From Dimorphilus gyrociliatus (lineage: Eukaryota > Animalia > Annelida), in the NCBI GenBank assembly GCA_904063045.1, contig CAJFCJ010000031.1, positions 186,001 to 250,000 on the forward strand: a DNA stretch of 64,000 nucleotides, read 5' to 3'. A program made the position numbers and the translations under genes. Positions 53,538-64,000 of the stretch are shown here, one piece after another. Every line of letters begins with the position of its first letter. The stretch's first letter is position 1. The notes under the pieces were generated by a model. That model was not told where the DNA came from, did no database searches, and saw nothing but the letters and a program-made list of their open reading frames with translations.

Positions 53538-54665
53538 TTAAATATACGATGGTGCAAAAGCAATGTCAACTGGCCATGATCCAACAGCTTTTATACTGGA
53601 ATAAAGGCCGATATGATAAGCAAGATTTGGTTGGACGAGTAGGCCAAGTAAGTTAAAGGAATTTAGGAAATTTGCAAGAGCAACATCTAGAGGGAAATGA
53701 ATGGAGCATTTGACGTTGCTGAATTGTTTGCCAATTAAATCAACGACTGGCTTTCGGTAAAGTACAGCTACAGTTCCGTAGTCGGGAGCTGGAACACGGG
53801 TATAAAGCGATATTGAAATACGTCGCCATTGACTAAGGAATTGACGAGATAGAACCAATGCCATAATAATCGTTATAATAGACGTTAATAGAATACGACG
53901 TCTTCCTATCAAATAGATCGAAATTGAACACATTGCTAATAGCTCAACTAACGATTTAATATTCATTCCGAATCCATTCCACTCACTCTTCGCAAACAAC
54001 TTTGCATAATCGAATTGCCAATTCGATTCAAGTATTCTTTGACTAACTTCAATTAACTGATCGTGCGGTAAACCGTCGTCTTCCAGCATTAGAATAGGAG
54101 AATCAGTTTGCAACTTTTTCGATATTTCTTTCATACAATAGACATAGTCGTCCTTTTCTCGCTCAAAATTTTCCAGAATGCTATGATGAGCGTTGTTCAA
54201 ATGAAAGCGTTTAATAAAGGGTAGATATTCTTGCAAATACGTTGCTTCTGTATGATCTCCCGGACCTGGGTGAACGTTACAAACATTTAAGTAGACTCCT
54301 TTTATTTTTTTGGCAAGCTTGTCCGCCTTAGCAGCAACTTGGGTTAAGTATCCGGCCTTCCTCGATCCAACCATTCTTTTTGTCGTTATTATATTTATAA
54401 CAAGGGTGATCTCACTTGCATCTGTTATCTTTTTATAATAATTAATACTGATGTTCCTATCTACATTTTTCCAATAGTTTAAGGCTTGATTGAGGCGTAG
54501 ATCGTTCCGTCCTTCAGCCAACGTGATTAAAGAACGTCGATCCCAAAAAAGACTTGTCAAAGGTGAATTGGGAATTTCTTTGCACACGTATACAAACAGA
54601 AGTATTAAAGACAATACAAAGACTTTCTTTTTTGATGAAATTTGTTTTAGCTTTCCAAACTTCAT
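53538..54665 (-). CDS. PGAP4: Post-GPI attachment to proteins factor 4 (TMEM246), GPI-GalNAc transferase; intronless
   Basis: N-terminal TM segment, FEREKDDYVYCM, LMLEDDG (DxD-like), tandem internal TM segments, C-terminal QPNLAYHIGLYSS. Confidence 0.85.
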   Translation of the reverse strand: MKFGKLKQISSKKKVFVLSLILLFVYVCKEIPNSPLTSLFWDRRSLITLAEGRNDLRLNQALNYWKNVDRNISINYYKKITDASEITLVINIITTKRMVGSRKAGYLTQVAAKADKLAKKIKGVYLNVCNVHPGPGDHTEATYLQEYLPFIKRFHLNNAHHSILENFEREKDDYVYCMKEISKKLQTDSPILMLEDDGLPHDQLIEVSQRILESNWQFDYAKLFAKSEWNGFGMNIKSLVELLAMCSISIYLIGRRRILLTSIITIIMALVLSRQFLSQWRRISISLYTRVPAPDYGTVAVLYRKPVVDLIGKQFSNVKCSIHFPLDVALANFLNSFNLLGLLVQPNLAYHIGLYSSIKAVGSWPVDIAFAPSYI

Positions 54666-57600
54666 TTAAAAATTCTTGCAGTATCATTCAAAGTAATACG
54701 CGTTAAAAATAGCCAAGTTTAAATGATGGAAAAGCGTTTCAAGCACCCGAGAAATAAATTCAAACTAAGTACAAAATTATTAAATCTGCTAAACTCACTT
54801 TGGAAGCCATGATGTACTGATAAATATTTGGTAAAACTAGTTGATCAGTGAGTAAACAAACGATAATTGGTGAATAAAAAATACTCAAATAAAACAAAAC
54901 ATTCCTATGTGGGTACACTAATGTAGAATAATTTGGTAGCCCCCATTTGTAAAGCGGAGCCCGTAGCATGCAGCGACACCATTTTCTTCGGATATTCAAG
55001 AATATTTTTGAATCGAGATAATTTCTTTGCAAAAGGTGGACGTTCTTTTAAAAAAATCAAAATAAACAAACAAACCAATAAATAATTTTTTAATTAATTA
55101 ATTTTTTCCAGAAGAAATCTAAACCATTACGGCTTTGTGATCTTGTTTCATTGTCCATCTGATATTTTACACAAGAGGGAAGAGTATTACCCTCTTCCTA
55201 TTATTACGCATATTTTAATTAAAATATGTAAATTTACTGATGAAAAAAAAGTACTTTATGCAAAATACCCGATATTTTTCTTCTATGAATAATAATTAAA
55301 ACTAAAATCAGAATATCTACTTTGTAACCTTTTTAATAAATCGTTGATACTCTAGTTCATCACGGGTTACCAATTGATTACTTATTAAAACTTTGCTAGA
55401 TGTATATACGTGCGTTCTCTTTTGGGATAAATGCAAAAGAAAAAAAAGAAACAAAACGCAATAAAGTTGTCGATAAATAATCCTAACTTAGTCATACTTG
55501 AAAATCTTTTTTATTAGTTTATTTATAGAAAATGAATAAGCCTGAGCTTCCTAAATGAATAATGAACATTTGATATACGCAAAGCTCTTGCTATGAATTA
55601 TTATTACAATTGAGAACAAACAAAAATAACTCTAATACATAGTAGCAGTTTATTAAACGGGAAGAGGATTTAAATGGCTTAAAAAAAGGACACATAAGGT
55701 TAGATTAATGAAAGAATGCATCTAACTGTTTCGAATCTTTATCTTGTCGTGTCTATTAGGAAAGAACTTGATAGAGAGAGCAATCTTTTGACAAAAGATA
55801 ATCAGAAATGGAAAGTATATTAAAGTATTATTAGACCATAATAAAGGCGTGTATCCTTTTCTCTTTACCTCATCACGCCTCTACCTCCCTTATATATATA
55901 CAGACACAAATGTATATAGAAATTTACATGTATTATTTTATAATATAACAAGAAAATATACAATAGCTGAAGAGAAATGAAAGCTTCAATGTGCCGTTAA
56001 CTAGCATAGTTATAATGTAAAATATAAGTTAATAATTTTCTGGCAACTTATTTAATAGTAGGATTATTAAAGTATATTTAGACAAAAGAATACTAATAAT
56101 TATAACTTCCGATTTTGGTGTCTTGTTTGATACATTAAGATGAGAAAAAAAGCAAATTATATATAAGAAAATATAGTTTAGATTAAATTAATACGATTAA
56201 TTTACTATACTTAATTAACAATATCATTTTTAAAACGTATTCTTGCTGCTTTCCAGCTTAATTCTACGTAATATAAAAAAACAAAAAGAAAGAGGACTAA
56301 GCAAAGAAGAAAACAATTCTCTGAAGCTACTTATCATTGGTATCCAATTATCTCTTGTGAGTTCTGTCTCAACGTTTAATACTTTCTAATTTTAGTCGTA
56401 TTATCTTTATTAATACAAGTTTATGAAAAATAAACCTAAGACAATAAATTTACGGCTAAGCTATCTTAGTATTAAAAAAATACTGTACATGCTGTGTATA
56501 TTATATAAAATAATCATTGACTCTATAAACCAAGTATTATTGTTTGTATTATTGCAAACTTCTAACGTAAATAGTAAGCGTAAAAGGAGAGAAGGAGGGG
56601 AAGAGAGAGAGAGAGAGAGAGAGAAAGAAATATATAGGTATAAAGATAAAATACGGTATACTGTGTAATAACTAATTTAGCGAATACTGTATACGTAGTA
56701 AAAACATAGAAGATGAAAGGGAACAAGGTATAAATTACTATTAAAAATGTCTTAAACTATTGCATTTAGTTCACATTGGTACAGACGTTCTAGATTTTCC
56801 AATTTGCTTTTTTAAATATAAGCATATATCATTATATCATGATATATATAGTATATATATATATATACATATATAATCTATATTTAGCATGAATTTTTAG
56901 CAAATTATTCATAATTTCTATTAATCATTATTTAAAAGAATATAAAAATATATATATATACAGTATATATATATATAAATATATACAGTAAATATGTATT
57001 TTGTATACTATACATTTTATTATTATATATAGTAGAAACGACGCTTTTTCAAATTATAAATTTATCATTGTACTTTCAATTTGTATACGATATTGTATTA
57101 TATCTACTGTAGACTCGACTGCTATAAATTTTATGCAGAAGAGACGAGAAGAATATCATGTTCCATTTTTCTTATTTTTAAACATCTTCTAATCTCTTCT
57201 ACTCTTCCTTCTTCTTTTTTTGTGCAAATGTCCTAACTCAGTCTCTTTATGTTATTATTTTCAATATTAATATTAATTATTTGATCATAATTTCAATATA
57301 TGTAAATGTGGACAATTTACATTGTAACTCTATCTTTTTGCCCAAATATGATGTCTCAATTATACGTACATAACATATATGTACCGTATATATTGTTTAT
57401 ACCCTTTTACTGATTTATTTATACATAAACTATTGACCTAGTGAACGATTTATTTATAGATTAATTTACCAAGTCTTTACTTGAAATATTAATAGAAATG
57501 TCTAAAAATGGGATAATCAATTGATGACTTTATTAAATATTATGTCACGATGGTAAATACTCCATTGGTAAATAGTAACAAAACAATTTTATGTTTAGAG

Positions 57601-59539
57601 CCTTGTGAATGATTGCAACAAAGTATATTTTGAGAAAAAGAATGAATGCTAATGGAAAAAATCGTTTCTTTCTAGTTTAGTGTTTAGGAAATGAAAATAG
57701 CAGTAAAAAATGTAAGAAATAGAAAAATAAAGCACTCTCCGGAATAGGGATTTAATTTATGGGATTTAATCACTTCCTTTCTGAAAAACAGTAATAATTA
57801 ATGCACCGGCGGATTAATGAGCCCGCTAGATGACAGTAACAACAAGGCTATTGCGATTAATCCTATTTTTAAATCTGGAAAATTTTTTGTCTATTTATCA
57901 TGACAAAATTGACAAACAAAATTGTAGTTTTAGCTCATTTGTTTGTTTGTTTAAAAAGAGAATAGCAGAAGATGAAATGATAGAAAAGCGACGTTATATT
58001 GTATATACAGTATATTCTTTTGTAATTGAACCACGTAGAACATCTTAGTATTGAATTTCAGGCAGAAATAGCTTCTCATTTCATAAGAAACTAAATAGAA
58101 ACAAAGCATCCAGATAGTGGAACCTTTCATTTCCGACAGTACTAACATGACCGTCCACTAATTTGCAGAAGTTTTTCCATTGCTATTAATCTAGAAGATA
58201 ACAATTCTCGAGATATAAATTCATCTTTTACTTATGTAATTGTAACCGATTGCTCTCAGGAATCTTTCAAAAGTAGCCGCTTAAATAGCTTCCGGTTAAA
58301 TCCAGTGGAATAATAGCATTGATAGGAGGTAAAGGGAAGGGTTATCCTTGATAAATTACACCATCACCAGAATTCAATACTCCGGAAGCTTGTAGAAATT
58401 ACTTTTCGAAGTATTTTTTTTAAACTTTGGCAAATAGAGTCAACCTTTTTATAATTTCAATTTTTTAAGAAAGATCAACTGAATAAAGAGAAAAAAGCTG
58501 ATTACTTTTTACTTAAAAATCAAGATAATCCGATTTCCTATCGTTAGAATGAATATTTTCCGTTCGCTGTTTTCACATTGTACTTTTGCAGTACACACTC
58601 GTATACATATATTTCAATACAAAAAGTTTTATATAAAATATCAATCTATTATTTCATCTGTACTAGAATTGTACCAACTTTAGTGCTAGGATCAATTCGA
58701 ATATAATCTCCTTTCCTTCTTTGTCTGCATTATACTAAAAAAATATGTCTGTATGGTGATATTTGTATTAAATATAAATCCTATTAGCTTTATTGAAGAC
58801 TGTATTCTGTATTTAGGCATCAACTTAATATAAACAACTTACATTTAAATATTTCAGTTTTATACTTTTTATACTGCAAAAGAGAAAGGTTTAATTAATT
58901 AAGTTGCGGTTTCAAATCTTAAAAAAGCTCTTATTCTTCATAAAAAGAAAATACAGACATAGTTTAATTATTTAACAACTTTTTCAAAGTTTTTCCTATT
59001 ATTATAAATACTAAATATAAGTATATTAAAAAGAAAAATTGCACATAAATCGTATGATCCACTAACTAACTAGATTTCTGGGTAAAATATGAATAATTTT
59101 AATATTTTTTTGTAATATGAAATATCTGAAAATATATATAATTGAATATGTCTTATTTATTGTTAAAGACAATGTTTATTTTTTATTAAAATCATCATTA
59201 TAGTGTAAAAAAATACTTGGCGGGTTCCTCTCCTCTAGTACATCTTTCACCCAGTTTAAACTGGTAGCGCCCAATTCGAACAATTCTTTTATTTTGTTAA
59301 ACAACAATTGCAAAAGTTTGTTTTTTTTTCATTGTCTTATCTTATCCATTTCAAAAGTTCAAATTCTGTATTATGCATGATATTTGTATAATTTTAATAT
59401 AGCATTGTTTAATTGCTGACTAGTTTCATTAACGAGGGCGTATACTCTGATAAGAAAATGTTTACTCTTTCCTTTTCTATTCTATTGTTCCGAAACATTA
59501 GTTAAACAAAAGAACTTATTTATTTATTGCAGCCTTAAT

Positions 59540-61060
59540 ATGTCTAATGAACAAGAAATCCCCGACCGAATGTATGGTTTGGTGAAAACAAAAGATGAAA
59601 TAGGTTATGATTTTGATGAAAATATGATTGTCCCACATCCCATTGAAGATGAAGTGTTAATTAAGGTATCATACTTGCCTTCATAATATGTTAAATTAAA
59701 TTTGTTTTCATTACGATCACGCAATTTGTTTGCTTCTCTAAAAATAAATATAAGTACAGGTAGAGTCTGTGTCCTTGTGCGGTAGTGATCTAGTTCTATG
59801 GAATTGGACCGATGCTGCTAAGGTTATTGCATCAATTCCATTTACCCCAGGCCACGAATGTTGCGGAACAGTTGTCAAATGCGGACCCGAATCAAAGCTT
59901 CAGGTAGGAAGAATAATAAAACTTCTCCACCCTAATTAATAATTTTAACGAATCATCATTTCGCTCTTATACCTTTTGAGTAAATCTTCCACAGATCGGT
60001 GATCGAGTTGCGGTGGAGAATCATTTTTTTTGCGGTAAATGCCATCAGTGTAAGCATGATAGAGGAGATATTTGCAGTGATATGGGACAGTACGGCCATG
60101 GAAAAAAAACTCCGTACGGCGGCTGCTCGCAATATTCAATCGTATCCTCCAAGTATTGCTATAAATTAGGCAACATAATAAGTTGGTAGAGCATTGAAAT
60201 ATTTCAAACACATCAAATATTATCCACTAAAAATAGATGCTGATGAAGCTGCTTTATTAGAGCCTTTGGGTGTTGCTCACAATGCCGTTGAGAATTTAGG
60301 TGACTTGAATAGGGAAGATGTCCTGATTATTGGTGCTGGTCCTATTGGGCTTATGGCAATTCCCTGCGTTAAAAGTTGCGGGGCAAACAGGTGTAAATAC
60401 AATTTATATACAGGTATATATTGTATTTGTTTAATAATACATAAATATTTTTGTTAAAAAGAGTCATCATATGCGATATAAACGAGAAAAGACTACAGTT
60501 TGCCAAGGAGATGGGCGCCGATCACGTGATTAATACTAATCATCAAAATCTTTCAGAGGTAAGATGGATACTACGAAAAACATTTATACTTGACATGCAA
60601 AATACTGATAAATGCCTAAGATCTGTCCTATTTATTCAGTCTATATCTCAACTGACAAACGGAGATGGAATTGGCCGATTGATAGAATGTAGCGGAGCAG
60701 TGCAAATAGCTTCTATTATGTTTCAGCTAGTGAGAAAGGGAGGCCACATTGTACTAGTAGGTCTCGTCAAGCAGCCGTTAATTATCGAAAATTATATGCG
60801 TGATTTAGGTTCGTATATTGTATCATATCACTAAAAACTAATAGTTATTATATCTTTAATTAGTTTTTAAGTCAATTCAAATTCGTGGCATTCACGGAAG
60901 AAGAATATTTCATACTTGGCGCGAAACTGAGAAACTAGTGGAATCGAAACGCGTTGACATATCGAAGCTAATTTCTCATAAATTCCAATTTAAAGATTAT
61001 AAGAAAGCGTTCGAAATCCTACTAAGTGGAGAAGCTCATAAAATTATCCTTACCCCGTAA
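59540..61060 (+). CDS. tdh: Zinc-dependent (MDR family) L-threonine 3-dehydrogenase-like, E. coli Tdh type; about 7 exons
   Basis: LCGSDLVLWNW, GHECCG, structural Zn loop CGKCHQC...DIC, LLEPLGVAHNAV, GAGPIG, VFKSIQIRGIHGRRIFHTW (cf. E. coli Tdh IFKGLFIKGIYGREMFETW). Confidence 0.8.
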
Positions 61061-61161
61061 TATTCAAAGGGATCAGTATCTGATTTTCATGTATTGATAA
61101 TGGAAAAACTATAGCAAGATAATAAAAGTGAATAAGTAAATAGTGAATTTTCTTGATCTTG

Positions 61162-62346
61162 TTAATTGGGGTCTTGTTCTTGTTTTAATATTGCATCGAT
61201 AAAAGTGCTCTTTTCATCCATCAAGAAACCTCTATCCAAGTCCCCTTGTTGATTTTCTCTTTGTTTCCTCTGTCGCTGTTGCCTCATACGTTGGGCCCTC
61301 TCCGCTGAATAGCCGTGATTTATTTCGTTTAAATCTCTTTGCTGATAAAAAGTAAGACTCAATCTCTTCGGTAATAAGCTGTTAGGTTTTGTGAGAGCAG
61401 TTGTAGCATGAGTTTCATATTTAGAATATTCAATTAGAACAGATCCGTTTGTTAGCTCTAATCCTAAACCTCCTACCGAACCCCCTGGAGTTGTACTGTA
61501 ATGGGACAGTATGTGCAACTGCTCTGGCTTACGTTTCAATGGCACTAACGTATAGATAACCGAACAACCTTCATCCATATTCCAAAAATCCTGATGAGTA
61601 TGGGCAGAATAATCCATATTAATGTTTACAGTTGAATAAGGTCTTTCAGATCCAAAGCCAATTCGACAATTATTATTCAGTTTAACCATATTTGCGAAGC
61701 ATTTGGGAACAAGATCTTTTTGAATCTCAGCGACATCTTTTGCACATTCATTAATAAGTTGGGCAACTTCTCTAGGTAAATTACCATATTTTTTCATATC
61801 CCTATTTTGGGCTTGAGCAAACCCACAACCTTCTAGATATGGTGAATAAGAGCAGCCTACGGTATAGCTTCTACCTTTAAATTTTTCAAACACTCCTTGG
61901 CAAGAGCAGGTTCTTGAACGATTCCAAGTACAAGCTCTAGGCCTTTCAAGCTTACTATTGCACATATTGGCACATAACATACCAAAGAGTAATTTTTGGT
62001 CGTAATAGGAAAACTCGTTTTCCCATTGAACAATTGCAATTATAAATAGGGAGTATTTACAAGTATGATATGGCCTTTTTCGATATAGTATAAGTAATTG
62101 TTCATGATCACTCTCATTTTCGTTTTTAGAAAGAACTTCAAGAGCTTTGGGACAACCTTTTCCGTCAACTCCAACATACTTTTTATAGTAAACTGGAATT
62201 AGCCTTGCTTTTCTTTCCTCAAATATTTCACTTAGATCTTCTTCATTTTTTCCGTGGCCCAAATGAAAATATATATTACCTTCCAACAATTCAGTATTAA
62301 TATTACAATCGCAGGGAGGTATACTAGCGTTTCGGATGAAGGACAT
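61162..62346 (-). CDS. TET: TET-family 2-oxoglutarate/Fe(II) dioxygenase, catalytic domain only, intronless, 394 aa
   Basis: Cys-rich region (PPCDC, YFHLG.G, KGCP, YHTC, TCSCQG, GCSYSPYLEGC), HxD motif SAHTHQDFWNM, EQLHIL, and GSVLIEYSKYETHATT...KRLSLTFYQQ..LNEINHG, all colinear with the TET2 catalytic domain. Confidence 0.9.
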   Translation of the reverse strand: MSFIRNASIPPCDCNINTELLEGNIYFHLGHGKNEEDLSEIFEERKARLIPVYYKKYVGVDGKGCPKALEVLSKNENESDHEQLLILYRKRPYHTCKYSLFIIAIVQWENEFSYYDQKLLFGMLCANMCNSKLERPRACTWNRSRTCSCQGVFEKFKGRSYTVGCSYSPYLEGCGFAQAQNRDMKKYGNLPREVAQLINECAKDVAEIQKDLVPKCFANMVKLNNNCRIGFGSERPYSTVNINMDYSAHTHQDFWNMDEGCSVIYTLVPLKRKPEQLHILSHYSTTPGGSVGGLGLELTNGSVLIEYSKYETHATTALTKPNSLLPKRLSLTFYQQRDLNEINHGYSAERAQRMRQQRQRKQRENQQGDLDRGFLMDEKSTFIDAILKQEQDPN

Positions 62347-62722
62347 GGCTAATTTGCCGAGTGGAATAACAAGAAATTAAAAGAACTCATTTAATTAATA
62401 CTAATTTTGTTAAGCATAACTCAGGAAAAAACTTTTATACTACTATTTAAAGGTAAAAATTTCATATTGTAGATGGCGCTATAAGTAGGTTGAAAATATT
62501 TTATCGTTAAAATAGTAATTTTAAATAAATTTTATCAGAAATAAAGTTTTAAAATCTAATGGAAAAAATATATTTTTTATATTTTTGGTATAAAAATTCA
62601 AAATACGAAAATAATATTTAAAGAAAAAAAAAGCAGTCAACTGACATCGCAATATCATATCCAATAAAGGCGATTGTTTTTTTCATTGGTGACAATCTTC
62701 CTGGTTTTTATATACATTGAAT

Positions 62723-63478
62723 ATGATTAAATTATTCTCATTACGAAATCAAGAGAAAGAAGGCAATGATAGTAAATCCGGGAGAGTTAATCAGAAGAAA
62801 GTATCAGCAGCCGTTCTAAGAGTCCAGAAGGGTATGAAATTTCAAGTCATATTAAATACTTTTATCAAACTCTTTTAATGTATAAATTGTAGATTTAAAC
62901 GATCTAAATCTTCCTAAAACGTGTAAAGTTGATTTTCCGGACCCAGACGATCTCCTAAACTTTAAATTGACATTAATACCCGACGAAGGCTTCTATCGTG
63001 GAGGAAAGTTTGTATTCTCTTTCAAAATTCCACCAGGATATCCTCATGAAGCACCCAAAGTAAAATGTGAAACCATGGTATACCATCCAAACATTGATTT
63101 GCAAGGCAATATATGCTTAAATATTCTCAGGTATTTCATGATATATAGTTATGACCTTCTACTCTTGTACTAAAACAATTAATCTAATTTATTCAGGGAG
63201 GATTGGAAGCCTGTTCTTAACCTTCACTCTGTTATTGTTGGGATACAGTTCTTATTTCTGGTATAGTATTACTCAAATAAAATATTGCACACATTTAGTC
63301 ATTATTAATACTTGATTATTCATCATTTAAATAGGAACCTAACCCTCATGACCCCTTAAACGAAAATGCTGCCGAAATGCTAAAAACAAACCAGCGGATG
63401 TTTGAACAGAACATCTTCAAGTCAATGAGAGGTGGTTATATCGGAAGTACATACTTCGAACGCTGTCTCCTTAAATAG
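62723..63478 (+). CDS. UBE2M: NEDD8-conjugating enzyme Ubc12
   Basis: MIKLFSL N-terminus, [67 protein letters not shown]. Four exons. Confidence 0.96.
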
Positions 63479-63493
63479 AGAAATCGCCACCTT

Positions 63494-63495
<2 letters not shown>

Positions 63496-63537
<42 letters not shown>
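63496..63537. repeat. (AT)n microsatellite just after the UBE2M stop
   Basis: About 21 AT units, directly visible. Confidence 0.9.
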
Positions 63538-63542
<5 letters not shown>

Positions 63543-63830
63543 AAGGAGAAATGGTCGAGTGCCATTTAACATTTGGCTATTTTCGTATAATCTAAATGGT
63601 TTTACAATTTATAGTTCAAATCATGCAGATAGGCGTTTCAGTTGTGCGATTTTCTAATACAAAAATTTATTATATTGCGTATGCTAAAACTATTTTTAAT
63701 ATTATTAATTAATGTGAAATGAAATGCAGCGTGTTTGAATATGTCATTCTGTGTATTGGTTTTTTTTTTTGTTTCTCTTTTTTTTATAATAAGAAAGTTA
63801 TAAAGTTCAAAATATCCATTTTTATTCTAT

Positions 63831-64000
63831 CTATTCTTCTGGGACATTTGAGTTTGTGGGAACGATGGCTCCGCCTCCGATTAATCCATTTGCAGTATTG
63901 AAAAGATTAATTGGACTATTTCCATCAGTGATTAAAGTTGATTTGATGCCAAGACCTTGCAATAACTTAGCTTGCATCTCTGGTCCAGCGACGGCGATTG
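63831..64000 (-). CDS. 3' terminal exon of an unidentified gene continuing beyond the window
   Basis: Open frame ..[55 protein letters not shown] ending in TAG at 63831-63833. GC is higher than the flank. Confidence 0.5.
   Translation of the reverse strand, partial: IAVAGPEMQAKLLQGLGIKSTLITDGNSPINLFNTANGLIGGGAIVPTNSNVPEE

Noticed and set aside
59540-62346. Functional link between adjacent Tdh (threonine to one-carbon/SAM supply) and TET (demethylation)
   Set aside because: Only adjacency supports it. In a genome this compact, chance neighbourhood is the simpler explanation.

Overview
Gene-dense, very AT-rich eukaryotic (animal) genomic DNA with short GT-AG introns, mostly 50-150 nt. It resembles a compact invertebrate genome; a spiralian such as the miniature annelid Dimorphilus is my unverified guess. 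Genes in order: 3' part of a disordered CPI-motif-like protein (+), CPEB1/orb-type (-), DDX52 (+), MATE/SLC47 transporter (-), ARHGAP39 (-), LIS1/PAFAH1B1 (+), AACS (+), ACAA2 (-), XPF/ERCC4 (+), a Brinker/pogo-type HTH protein (-), CDC50/TMEM30A (+), NF1 (-), a small orphan signal-peptide gene (+), MZT2-like (-), PGAP4 (-), a bacterial-type zinc L-threonine dehydrogenase (+), an intronless minimal TET dioxygenase (-), UBE2M (+), and the 3' end of an unidentified gene (-). Most notable: (1) a pair of tandem, frame-enforced mutually exclusive exons in the NF1 RasGAP domain, one rewriting the FLRFINPA motif to TLRFFNKS; (2) a 394-aa intronless TET with all metal ligands intact, no low-complexity insert and an altered base-binding pocket; (3) an operon-like PGAP4-MZT2 junction; (4) tandem NF-kB-like sites at the AACS promoter. 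All exon boundaries were read by eye from splice signals and reading frame. Homology calls rest on remembered family motifs, not on database searches.
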